Shown piece after piece: positions 56,324 through 64,000 of a DNA stretch of 64,000 nucleotides. Positions within the stretch are counted from its first letter, which is position 1, and each line of letters starts with the position of its first letter. The translations under genes and the position numbers were made by a program. Location: the NCBI GenBank assembly GCA_947496375.1, contig CANMCY010000003.1:11568-75567 (forward strand). Direction: 5' to 3'. Origin of the DNA: Flavobacteriales bacterium (GTDB taxonomy: Bacteria > Bacteroidota > Bacteroidia > NS11-12g > UBA955). Below the pieces are notes generated by a model, which saw only the letters and a program-made list of their open reading frames with translations, did no database searches and was not told where the DNA came from.

Positions 56324-56449
56324 ATGAATACGTCATCCACACTCCTACTCTTCATCTTACTGGTTGTTTTCGCTATGAGTGCTTGCGGCACTTCGAGAAG
56401 CAAATGCAACACCAAAGGAAAAATCAGAACAGAAATGGGCTGGATGTGA
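56324..56449 (+). CDS. Candidate 41-aa mini-lipoprotein (below the ORF-track size cut-off)
   Basis: The ATG at 56324 gives MNTSSTLLLFILLVVFAMSACGTSRSKCNTKGKIRTEMGWM, with stop TGA at 56447-56449. The signal peptide and lipobox (F-A-M-S-A-C) are textbook. The ORF fills an otherwise empty intergenic gap. Confidence 0.3.
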   Translation: MNTSSTLLLFILLVVFAMSACGTSRSKCNTKGKIRTEMGWM

Positions 56450-56473
56450 TTGCGCATAGCTAATATTGCGCAA

Positions 56474-56944
56474 ATGCAATTCAAGGTTATGTTTGTTTGC
56501 CTTGGCAACATTTGCCGATCGCCACTGGCCAAAGCCCTGTTTGAAAAACATGTAAATGACAGCGGACTTCAGGATTTATTTCTGATAGACAGTGCGGGCA
56601 CCAGCGGCAACCATGCTGGCGAAAATGCCGATTTACGTACCCTGCGTAATGCGAAAGAAAACGGATTGTTTTTTGACCACACTGCCAAAAAGTTCACCCC
56701 TGAGCACCTTAAAGATTTCGATATGATAGTGGTGATGGACCGCAGCAATGAGCGCAATGTTAAATCCCTCAGCAATGACCCGGCGGACCATAAAAAAGTA
56801 CATCTAATGCGCAAATGGGACCATGAAGGATATGCGGAGGATGTGCCCGATCCCTGGTATGGCGGGCATGAAGGATTTGAAGAGGTTTTTCAGATTCTGA
56901 GCCGCAGTACGGCGAAACTCATGCAGGAACTAGCGTCTGACTGA
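56474..56944 (+). CDS. Low-molecular-weight protein-tyrosine phosphatase
   Basis: P-loop VMFVCLGNICRSPLA and downstream DSAGT and DPWYG. The start is placed at ATG 56474. Confidence 0.85.
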   Translation: MQFKVMFVCLGNICRSPLAKALFEKHVNDSGLQDLFLIDSAGTSGNHAGENADLRTLRNAKENGLFFDHTAKKFTPEHLKDFDMIVVMDRSNERNVKSLSNDPADHKKVHLMRKWDHEGYAEDVPDPWYGGHEGFEEVFQILSRSTAKLMQELASD

Positions 56945-57313
56945 TTGCTTACCGCTGCTTGGAACTTTTGTGTTTTGCGCACCCAGCTTAGCTACAAACA
57001 GAAATAATGCACTAACGACCAAAAAGCCGACCAATTCCCATGAAATTTCCTTTTTAGTGGTCAACACATGGGCAAAAGACAACACTATTAAAGCACCGAT
57101 ATTCAGCCAATACATGCTGCCGATGGAAAGCAGCAAAGCATTTTTACCCAAATACAACAGGCGGAGCGTATTTAGCATGTTTAGTAAGCCGGCCAATACC
57201 ATTAACAGTCCAACATAAAACCAGGTTCCTCGATCGAGTAGGGATATCCCTCCCAACAGCAGCAAAAACCATCCTAGATTAAGGGCATATTTTTGAATCC
57301 AGCCAACGTTCAT
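56930..57313 (-). CDS. Hypothetical small membrane protein (4 TM)
   Basis: Four hydrophobic helices and a basic C-terminal tail. It converges on and overlaps the LMW-PTP gene's 3' end by 15 nt. Confidence 0.45.
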   Translation of the reverse strand: MNVGWIQKYALNLGWFLLLLGGISLLDRGTWFYVGLLMVLAGLLNMLNTLRLLYLGKNALLLSIGSMYWLNIGALIVLSFAHVLTTKKEISWELVGFLVVSALFLFVAKLGAQNTKVPSSGKQSVRR

Positions 57314-57378
57314 AGTGCGAAAATACGCAATATTTTATGGAAGGCATATTGGGTTTGTAGGAGATACCCAAAGCTGAG

Positions 57379-57386
57379 TATCTTTG
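57379..57386 (+). promoter_or_regulatory. Candidate -7 promoter box TATCTTTG
   Basis: Exact TAnnTTTG match, 14 nt upstream of the ATG at 57401. Confidence 0.4.
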
Positions 57387-57400
57387 CGGCACTTTTACTT

Positions 57401-58516
57401 ATGATAATCGGAGTACCCAAAGAGATTAAAAACAATGAAAACCGGGTGGCTTTAACACCTGCGGGAGCCAGCGAACTGGTAAAAAACGGACACACTGTAT
57501 ATGTGCAGGCAAACGCAGGCACAGGCAGTGGTTTTGATGATTCGGAGTATACAGAGGCAGGCGCTAAGCTGTTGCCCACCATTGAGGAAGTATACGGCAT
57601 CGCCGAAATGATCATCAAGGTAAAAGAACCAATCGAAAGCGAATACAGCCTTATCAAGGCCAATCAGCTGCTGTTTACCTATTTCCACTTTGCCAGCTAC
57701 GAGCCCCTCACGCATGCCATGATAAAGAGCAATGCGGTGTGTCTGGCTTATGAAACCGTTGAAAAAGCAGACCGCAGTTTGCCGTTGCTGGTTCCCATGA
57801 GCGAAGTAGCAGGCCGCATGAGCGTGCAGGAAGGCGCCAAATACCTTGAAAAACCCATGGGTGGACGGGGTATTCTGCTGGGTGGCGTGCCCGGTGTTAA
57901 ACCTGCTGAAGTGGTAGTACTTGGTGGCGGAATTGTAGGAACACAGGCAGCCAAAATGGCCGCAGGCATGGGAGCACACGTGACCATTATGGATATTAGT
58001 TTGCCCAGGTTGCGTCAGTTAGACGACATTATGCCGGCCAATGTGGATACCCAATACAGCAGCAGCTACAACATTCGTCAGGCGGTAAAAACTGCCGATC
58101 TTGTTATTGGCGGTGTACTGATTCCCGGTGCTAAGGCCCCCAAGCTTATCACTAAAGATATGCTCTCAACCATGCGCAAGGGTGCGGTTATTGTAGATGT
58201 TGCCATTGATCAGGGAGGTTGTTTCGAAACCAGCAAACCCACCACCCATGCTGAACCCATATATGAAGTAGATAATGTAATCCATTACTGTGTGGCCAAT
58301 ATGCCCGGTGCCGTACCCTATACCAGCACACTTGCACTGACCAACGCCACACTGCCTTACGCAATACAGCTGGCCAATCAGGGCTGGAAAGTCGCCTGCA
58401 GTAAGAGCAAAGAATTGTGCCTGGGATTAAATGTAGTGAATGGCAAAGTCGTTTACCAAGGCGTGGCCGAAGCATTTAACCTGGAATACACTCCTGTAGA
58501 GTCGGTACTGAATTAA
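57401..58516 (+). CDS. ald: Alanine dehydrogenase
   Basis: MIIGVPKEIKNNENRVALTPAG, NAD motif VVVLGGGIVGTQAAKMAAGMGA, and VDVAIDQGGC. Confidence 0.9.
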   Translation: MIIGVPKEIKNNENRVALTPAGASELVKNGHTVYVQANAGTGSGFDDSEYTEAGAKLLPTIEEVYGIAEMIIKVKEPIESEYSLIKANQLLFTYFHFASYEPLTHAMIKSNAVCLAYETVEKADRSLPLLVPMSEVAGRMSVQEGAKYLEKPMGGRGILLGGVPGVKPAEVVVLGGGIVGTQAAKMAAGMGAHVTIMDISLPRLRQLDDIMPANVDTQYSSSYNIRQAVKTADLVIGGVLIPGAKAPKLITKDMLSTMRKGAVIVDVAIDQGGCFETSKPTTHAEPIYEVDNVIHYCVANMPGAVPYTSTLALTNATLPYAIQLANQGWKVACSKSKELCLGLNVVNGKVVYQGVAEAFNLEYTPVESVLN

Positions 58517-58536
58517 TTAAGACAACTTTTTGATAT

Positions 58537-58565
58537 AAAAAAAGCGGCATAAGCCGCTTTTTTTA
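58537..58565. terminator. Bidirectional rho-independent terminator
   Basis: aaaaaaaGCGGCataaGCCGCtttttttt lies between the convergent ald gene and the TM2-domain gene. Confidence 0.7.
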
Positions 58566-58581
58566 TGGGGTTGTTTAACCA

Positions 58582-59196
58582 TTAAATATCTTCATAAATA
58601 CCACAACGTGGCTCAAGTTTCTTCAGGATAATACGCACAAAGTCAATTAACCACCAGATACCAAGACCGCCCAGTGTAAATAACTGTACAAGGCCCTGCC
58701 AGGTGTATCCCAGGTAGAATCGGTGAACCCCGAGAATACCAAAGAAAAAACAAAGAAACAAGGTTAAATACCAGCTTTTGCTCACACCCTGTCTTGCTTT
58801 TACCGCAACCGGTGCATTAAAGACCGTGTGCTTACTTACTTCATGATTCGAAACTATTTTGGCCTTTAAATTCTTAAGAAACGGAGCTGCTACCGCATTC
58901 TCAGAAAGCTTTGTCACAGTTGATTCGTTAATTATATCTGTAACGGTAGGTTTTGCAACAGCCATACCAATGGCAGATTCCTCAATATTAGCTACAGAAT
59001 TATTCTCGTCCTTCACAGCATCGGTTAACGTCTCAATAGAAGTTTTACGATTCTGCTTTTGCGAACCGGAAATTCCTGATCCCACACCAAAGGAAGATGC
59101 TTCTCCGCGGGTAACGGCATTTCGCTCTACAGAGCAGGAAAACATGAACATTCCCAGGGCTAGGTAAACGGTCATGCGGATGGTCAATTTCTTCAT
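58582..59196 (-). CDS. TM2-domain lipoprotein
   Basis: Lipobox MFMFSC. The C-terminal TM2 domain is WYLTLFLCFFFGILGVHRFYLGYTWQGLVQLFTLGGLGIWWLIDFVRI. Confidence 0.75.
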   Translation of the reverse strand: MKKLTIRMTVYLALGMFMFSCSVERNAVTRGEASSFGVGSGISGSQKQNRKTSIETLTDAVKDENNSVANIEESAIGMAVAKPTVTDIINESTVTKLSENAVAAPFLKNLKAKIVSNHEVSKHTVFNAPVAVKARQGVSKSWYLTLFLCFFFGILGVHRFYLGYTWQGLVQLFTLGGLGIWWLIDFVRIILKKLEPRCGIYEDI

Positions 59197-59361
59197 AATT
59201 TAGAATTTGGTTACAATTATATGAAGCCTTGTCCAAGTTTCCATAGATTTTTGAATATTTAATACCTCAGCAGTATAATAACTATGTGAATAACTTGTTT
59301 TGGCTTGTCTTGCACTTTACAATGGCAGTGGATAATATTGTAAGACCATATTTAAAATACT

Positions 59362-59646
59362 ATGAAAAACAAATTTATGACTTTCATGGCACTGGCAGCT
59401 GCAGGCATCTTCATGTCTAACTGCGCGCTCACTTTGCCTGTTAATGCTACCAGCAACCCAGTTGGAAGCAAAGTTGGAACTGCAAAAGCAACCGGCTACT
59501 TAGGTATTTTGTTCTTTGACCAGGATGCTAGTATTGCCAGAGCTGCCAAAAACGGCGGTATCAGCAAAATCTCTACTGTAGACATCAAGCAAACTAGTCT
59601 ATTGAATTTGATTGTTACTTACGAAACCATCGTAACCGGAGAATAA
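59362..59646 (+). CDS. TRL-like small lipoprotein
   Basis: Lipobox IFMSNC. GYLGILFFDQDASIARAAKNGGISKISTVDIK....TYETIVTGE matches my recollection of the TRL-like family. Confidence 0.6.
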   Translation: MKNKFMTFMALAAAGIFMSNCALTLPVNATSNPVGSKVGTAKATGYLGILFFDQDASIARAAKNGGISKISTVDIKQTSLLNLIVTYETIVTGE

Positions 59647-59653
59647 AATCTCT

Positions 59654-59688
59654 AAAAAAACCCCGAAATTAAATTTCGGGGTTTTTTT
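59654..59688 (+). terminator. Rho-independent terminator
   Basis: aaaaaaaCCCCGAAATTaAATTTCGGGGttttttt: a perfect 10-bp stem followed by a T7 run, 8 nt after the stop. Confidence 0.8.
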
Positions 59689-59701
59689 ATGCCTTTTTCG
59701 C

Positions 59702-60202
59702 ATGCGTAATTATCTATACATAATAGTTCTATTTTTATTTTCCTGCAAAGATCAAAAGCCGGATGATATTATGTTATTTAATGGTGTTTCATTTCTTACC
59801 AAAACAGGAGAAACACTTCCAAATATTGATCAGAACATTAACAATGAATATAATAAATATTTAAAAAACAACCAAAACAGCATCCCCTTATTTAAATATA
59901 TTCACCATGAGAAATATGGCATATTTATCGGGTTGCCCTATGGAATTTCAGGTGACTCTCTTTTAAATATCAAACCATCCATTCCCCTATTAAACCAACA
60001 GAAGCAAAGCGTGGATTCTAACACCATGACTTATCGCAGCTATTACACACAACAGGGCTTGCAACTGCACACCCTGGCATGTCAGGTAAATAAAAGTAAA
60101 ATACTCATTATTGGCAGAACTTATACCAACAATCTGCCAGACAGCTTACTCTCTGAAAAAGCACTGAGAGAAAGAATTAAAATCACTACAAACCCTCAAT
60201 GA
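59702..60202 (+). CDS. Hypothetical lipoprotein (AT-rich)
   Basis: Lipobox LFLFSC. Asn/Lys-rich. No recognisable family. Confidence 0.5.
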   Translation: MRNYLYIIVLFLFSCKDQKPDDIMLFNGVSFLTKTGETLPNIDQNINNEYNKYLKNNQNSIPLFKYIHHEKYGIFIGLPYGISGDSLLNIKPSIPLLNQQKQSVDSNTMTYRSYYTQQGLQLHTLACQVNKSKILIIGRTYTNNLPDSLLSEKALRERIKITTNPQ

Positions 60203-60729
60203 AACGCCCTAACCTCTCTATTTTTTTAATTATTCTTACGTTTTTCACATCCGGTTGCATGATGTTGAGGCCCGGGGCCGTTAAATCCGGAAAACATTTA
60301 TATGAATCTTATTTTATGGGAAATGCCGGTATACAATACTTCATTAAACCCATTACATTAAAGTTTAAAAACGAGAACTTTTTTGAGACTGATTTTACAT
60401 TCAAATATTTACGAAACCTCAATGATTCTGCCGTAATGAACTTTTCCATTAAACACGAAAACAACTTATACAAAAGAATAGATACGTTATTATTAGTTAA
60501 TAACAATAGTACAATACATATTATTAGCCCCACATTGCTATATAATGAGAGACTTAATCATCACTATATATCTCGATTTAGTACCAAATTAACCCAAAGA
60601 GAGGTAAGAATGCTGTTTGCCAATCAAAATTGGGTGATACGCTTTGGGGGTGTTTCTTTTATCCCATCCGGAAAGACGAAAAAAAACATCAATAAATTAA
60701 ACGATTCCGTTTTTAAATTATTTGATTAA
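60199..60729 (+). CDS. Hypothetical lipoprotein (AT-rich), translationally coupled to the previous gene
   Basis: ATGA start/stop overlap at 60199-60202. Lipobox FFTSGC. No recognisable family. Confidence 0.5.
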   Translation: MKRPNLSIFLIILTFFTSGCMMLRPGAVKSGKHLYESYFMGNAGIQYFIKPITLKFKNENFFETDFTFKYLRNLNDSAVMNFSIKHENNLYKRIDTLLLVNNNSTIHIISPTLLYNERLNHHYISRFSTKLTQREVRMLFANQNWVIRFGGVSFIPSGKTKKNINKLNDSVFKLFD

Positions 60730-60752
60730 ATTTTCTTTATTTGTAGCATAAA

Positions 60753-61532
60753 ATGCTCCCTAATTACCGCATCTATGGCGACTCAGGACCTTCTGTCTAT
60801 ATCCTTCACGGTATTTTCGGAATGCTCGATAACTGGCATTACGCCGCCGGAATTTTGAGCCAACATTACCGGGTTATCACTTTTGATGCCCGCAATCATG
60901 GTCGCAGCTTTCACCATGAAGATGCAGGTTTTGATGCCATGTGTGAAGATTTACTCGGCCTCATGAACCACCTGAGTGATGACAGTCCTATTGTAGTGGG
61001 CCACAGTATGGGAGGGAAAACTGCCATGACATTCGCAGAACGACACCCGGACAGGATTTCGGGACTGATTGTAGTAGATATTGCACCAAAAGCGTATCCT
61101 GCAGGGCATGGTGAGTATTTCAAAGCGTTTCACGATATTGATTTTGCCCGTGTGCAGAGCCGCAAGGAAGCAGAAACCCTCTTTGAGCCCTACGCCCCCG
61201 ATGCCGGTGTAAGACAGTTTTTACTTAAAAACCTGGAACCCGGACCGGGAGGTGGATATCAGCTAAAAATCAATGCGGCGGCACTGGAAAAATACTACCC
61301 TGAGCTTATCGGCGATCTGCACCTATCACGTGGTTATGCCGGCCCTACCCTGTTTGTTCGCGGAGAAAAAAGCGGCTACATCAAGGATACCGACATGCCT
61401 CATATTCTCAACTTTTTTCCGAATGCAGCCCTGCAAACCATAGCCGGCGCGGGCCACTGGGTGCATGCCGACAATCCATCTGATTTTATATCCTGCATTT
61501 CTGACTTTATTGTTGCACACTCACAATCATAA
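60753..61532 (+). CDS. Alpha/beta-fold hydrolase (YbfF-like esterase)
   Basis: HGIFGMLDNW, nucleophile elbow VVGHSMGGK, and C-terminal GAGHWVHADNP. Confidence 0.8.
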   Translation: MLPNYRIYGDSGPSVYILHGIFGMLDNWHYAAGILSQHYRVITFDARNHGRSFHHEDAGFDAMCEDLLGLMNHLSDDSPIVVGHSMGGKTAMTFAERHPDRISGLIVVDIAPKAYPAGHGEYFKAFHDIDFARVQSRKEAETLFEPYAPDAGVRQFLLKNLEPGPGGGYQLKINAAALEKYYPELIGDLHLSRGYAGPTLFVRGEKSGYIKDTDMPHILNFFPNAALQTIAGAGHWVHADNPSDFISCISDFIVAHSQS

Positions 61533-61554
61533 AAAACGTAGATTCGCAGCATCA

Positions 61555-62328
61555 ATGCGGCTTTTGTCCATCATATCTGTTTTTCTCATTGTTTCTGTTA
61601 TAAACGCCCAGCCCATACAGGGCCCGGCTCCTGCGCCACAATCGCCGGGAAGTGGCTCTTTTCTGCTGCTGCGAGTAGGTGGTGGATTTTATCTTACCGG
61701 TGCAGAACTGGCCAAAGGATTTCCGCAATTTGCCAGCATGCCCGCCGGTCTCTATTACAAATCGGGCAGTAATATCACAGTGGGAATTAATCATACACCA
61801 TTTTGGGGCAACCGCGTAAACTACAGCAATCTGTTTGGTGATGTGTTGGGACCCAGCGGTGAAGTCATTGACCAGAACGGCTTCCCAACCGTTACTCGGT
61901 ATTATATGCGTGGAAACTCCACAACCCTCACCGTGGGCAAACTCCTTGGCGGTAAAGGCGGAAAATCAGGTCAGTTTGAACTGGCCCTGGGTGCAGGATT
62001 TATGCAGCATTACGTAAAAATGCGCTTTGACGTTGGGAGAACTCCACAACTGGAAGGAGAATACGCCAAAGGTTATGACCGACTCACCAATGGATTGCAG
62101 CTGGTACAACACTTTCGCTGGCATTATCTGAATCCGGAAACCATCAGTGTGTTTGCCGGGCTGGATGTTGCACAGGGTTTCACCAAAAATAGGCGCAGCT
62201 GGAATTTTGCAGATGGTGGACCCGACAACAGTCAACATTTTGATTTTTATAGTGGCCTTTCCGGAGGCATCATCATACCCCTGAGTCTGAAGGCACGCAA
62301 GCAGGACAATCCAAAGTATTTTGACTGA
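61555..62328 (+). CDS. Hypothetical outer-membrane protein
   Basis: Signal peptide MRLLSIISVFLIVSVINAQ; I placed the start at the internal ATG 61555. Beta-rich. No family recognised. Confidence 0.5.
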   Translation: MRLLSIISVFLIVSVINAQPIQGPAPAPQSPGSGSFLLLRVGGGFYLTGAELAKGFPQFASMPAGLYYKSGSNITVGINHTPFWGNRVNYSNLFGDVLGPSGEVIDQNGFPTVTRYYMRGNSTTLTVGKLLGGKGGKSGQFELALGAGFMQHYVKMRFDVGRTPQLEGEYAKGYDRLTNGLQLVQHFRWHYLNPETISVFAGLDVAQGFTKNRRSWNFADGGPDNSQHFDFYSGLSGGIIIPLSLKARKQDNPKYFD

Positions 62329-63581
62329 TGGTGTATCCCTTGCTAATCACATTGTACTTGCTGGGTCTTGTTTTGGCCGCTCCATTCCATTCAAAGGCCC
62401 GCAAAATGATTCAAGGCCGGTGGCAGTGGCGCAAAAGGATGCGTCGGGCCCTGCCCAAAAAAACAGGAAAACGAATCTGGTTTCACTGTGCCTCGCTCGG
62501 TGAATTCGAGATGATCAGGCCCTTGCTTGACGCACTCAAGAAAGAACAACCCGAAACAAGCGTAGTTATTTCCTTTTTTTCACCCTCAGGGTATGAGCAA
62601 CGCAAGTCCTACCCTTGTGATGGTGTCTTTTACCTGCCGCTGGATTTTGAGCGCAACGCCAAACTCTGGTATCGTTATGTGCAGCCCGATATGGTCATAT
62701 TTGTTAAATATGAATTCTGGCTTCGCTACATGCAGCAAGGATTAAAATACGGCTGTAAAATGGTAGCAGTGGGATGCTTATTCCGTGAAGAACAATTCGT
62801 ATTTGAACCCTGGGCCAAGGGCTGGAAGCGCTGCCTGCAGGATTTTGACCGGGTTTTTGTGCAAAACGAAACCAGTGCTGAAAAAGCCCGCGCCGAGGGT
62901 TTGCGCAATATCAGCATTAGTGGAGACACCCGATTTGACAGGGTGCTGGATGTAATTCGTGAAACAGCAGCCATGCCGGAGATTGCCCTATTTAAGGGTG
63001 ACAATATCCTTTGCGTAGCAGGCAGTTGCTGGCCCCCGGAAGAAAAGTTGCTGCAAGAATTTTTCATCAATAACGGTATGCCCGTAAATCGGAAGTTCAT
63101 ACTGGTTCCCCACGACATTGGCAAAAAACATATAGCGGATATCCAAAAAAGATTTTCTGAATACCCATGTATAACCTATAGTGAATGGCAAAATGGTGCG
63201 GATATTTCCAAAGCCAAAATACTGATTGTTGATTGCATTGGTGTACTAAACGGCATTTATGCTTATGCGGATATGGCAATTATCGGCGGTGCGTTTGGCA
63301 AGGGTCTGCACAACATGCTGGAGGCCGCATCCAGGGGTATTCCCATTTTATTTGGCCCCAAACACCAGAAATTTCCTGAGGCCCTGGAAAGTATAGAGGC
63401 AGGTTTTGGATATGAATGTGAAGATTACAACATTTTTGAAAAGCACCTGAAAAGTGGTTTAGGGAATCCGGAATTCAGAGAATATGCAGGTAAAAAAGCC
63501 CAACAATATATTACATCCAAAGCGGGTGCTACCGCCCATGTGATGGGATACCTCAACGGTGTTTTACTAAAGAATAATTAA
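62328..63581 (+). CDS. waaA: 3-deoxy-D-manno-octulosonic acid (Kdo) transferase
   Basis: N-terminal membrane anchor, WFHCASLGEFEMIRPLL and SFFSPSGYE blocks, and C-terminal GGAFGKGLHNMLEAA. The ATG overlaps the upstream stop (TGATG). Confidence 0.9.
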   Translation: MVYPLLITLYLLGLVLAAPFHSKARKMIQGRWQWRKRMRRALPKKTGKRIWFHCASLGEFEMIRPLLDALKKEQPETSVVISFFSPSGYEQRKSYPCDGVFYLPLDFERNAKLWYRYVQPDMVIFVKYEFWLRYMQQGLKYGCKMVAVGCLFREEQFVFEPWAKGWKRCLQDFDRVFVQNETSAEKARAEGLRNISISGDTRFDRVLDVIRETAAMPEIALFKGDNILCVAGSCWPPEEKLLQEFFINNGMPVNRKFILVPHDIGKKHIADIQKRFSEYPCITYSEWQNGADISKAKILIVDCIGVLNGIYAYADMAIIGGAFGKGLHNMLEAASRGIPILFGPKHQKFPEALESIEAGFGYECEDYNIFEKHLKSGLGNPEFREYAGKKAQQYITSKAGATAHVMGYLNGVLLKNN

Positions 63582-64000
63582 ATAATTTTTCTTTTTCTGA
63601 ACCAGATAAAAATGGCGATACAAACGAAGGTCATTAGTGTTAATGCATAGTAATAGCCATTTTGCCAGTATAATTCCGGCATGTTTTTAAAATTCATGCC
63701 ATATACCCCTACAATAAAGGTAAGAGGAAGAAAAAATACAGAAAAAATGGTCAGCAGTTTCATTACATCATTTGTTTTTCGGGAATTAATAGACAAATAG
63801 GTATTTAACAGGTTTATTGAATTTTCCATGGTTTCTTCATATCCCATAATTAAACCAAATAACTGATCTTTCACATCCTGAAATGCCGTTTGGTGTATAT
63901 CCTGAAATTTAATTTGATTTAATACACTTTGGGAAATCTGCAATAATTTTTTAATCACCCGGGTTTTGCTTTTATGAAAATATAAATCCTCTAAAGAAAT
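63578..64000 (-). CDS. corA: CorA-family magnesium/cobalt transporter, C-terminal part (gene runs off the right edge)
   Basis: C-terminal TM pair with the signature FLPLTFIVGVYGMNF. The reading frame stays open upstream of the track start at 63958 all the way to position 64000. Confidence 0.8.
   Translation of the reverse strand: MSLEDLYFHKSKTRVIKKLLQISQSVLNQIKFQDIHQTAFQDVKDQLFGLIMGYEETMENSINLLNTYLSINSRKTNDVMKLLTIFSVFFLPLTFIVGVYGMNFKNMPELYWQNGYYYALTLMTFVCIAIFIWFRKRKII

Noticed and set aside
1-64000. Window-wide look for tRNA/rRNA genes, IS elements, integrases, toxin-antitoxin pairs, restriction-modification or other defence genes
   Set aside because: None recognised by eye. All intergenic gaps are at most ~300 bp and are accounted for by promoters, terminators or the repeat family. 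A tRNAscan/Infernal run would be needed to exclude small RNAs formally.

Overview
This window looks like a chromosomal segment of a Bacteroidota genome, probably a gliding organism with a type IX secretion system (T9SS) of the Chitinophagia, Sphingobacteriia or Cytophagia type. Three things I can read directly support this. (1) At least ten matches to the Bacteroidetes sigma-A -7 box TAnnTTTG sit in the correct orientation just upstream of start codons, and no Shine-Dalgarno sequences are visible. (2) Three proteins end in the gliding-motility-associated C-terminal domain (CHU_C, the T9SS type-B sorting signal). (3) There is a PorV-family barrel gene and a SusC-like barrel with a carboxypeptidase-regulatory-like domain. 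About 55 CDS are supportable. Most are housekeeping genes: argS, acs, mnmE, greA, lgt, holB, accC, ald, waaA, hutI, rlmH and an S41 protease, among others. I recognised no rRNA, tRNA, CRISPR array, transposase or integrase. Four regions are accessory or unusual. (a) 37.6-46.4 kb holds a tightly packed three-gene outer-membrane operon: an oversized TonB-dependent-receptor-like barrel (1250 aa), a 1317-aa secreted protein with a deviant T9SS-like C-terminal domain (CTD), and a dedicated PorV-family barrel. I cannot assign it to any characterised system, and it is my best candidate for something undescribed. (b) 27.6-34.7 kb holds an ECF sigma factor, a membrane anti-sigma-like protein that unexpectedly carries PKD and CHU_C domains, and a 1781-aa PKD-rich CHU_C protein. 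(c) 24.9-26.1 kb is an AT-rich islet between acs and mnmE containing an orphan ORF, a roughly 80-bp hairpin repeat family and a small GIY-YIG nuclease gene. (d) 4.8-9.3 kb encodes a mosaic M4 metalloprotease. All family names come from motif recognition by eye. No database search was run.
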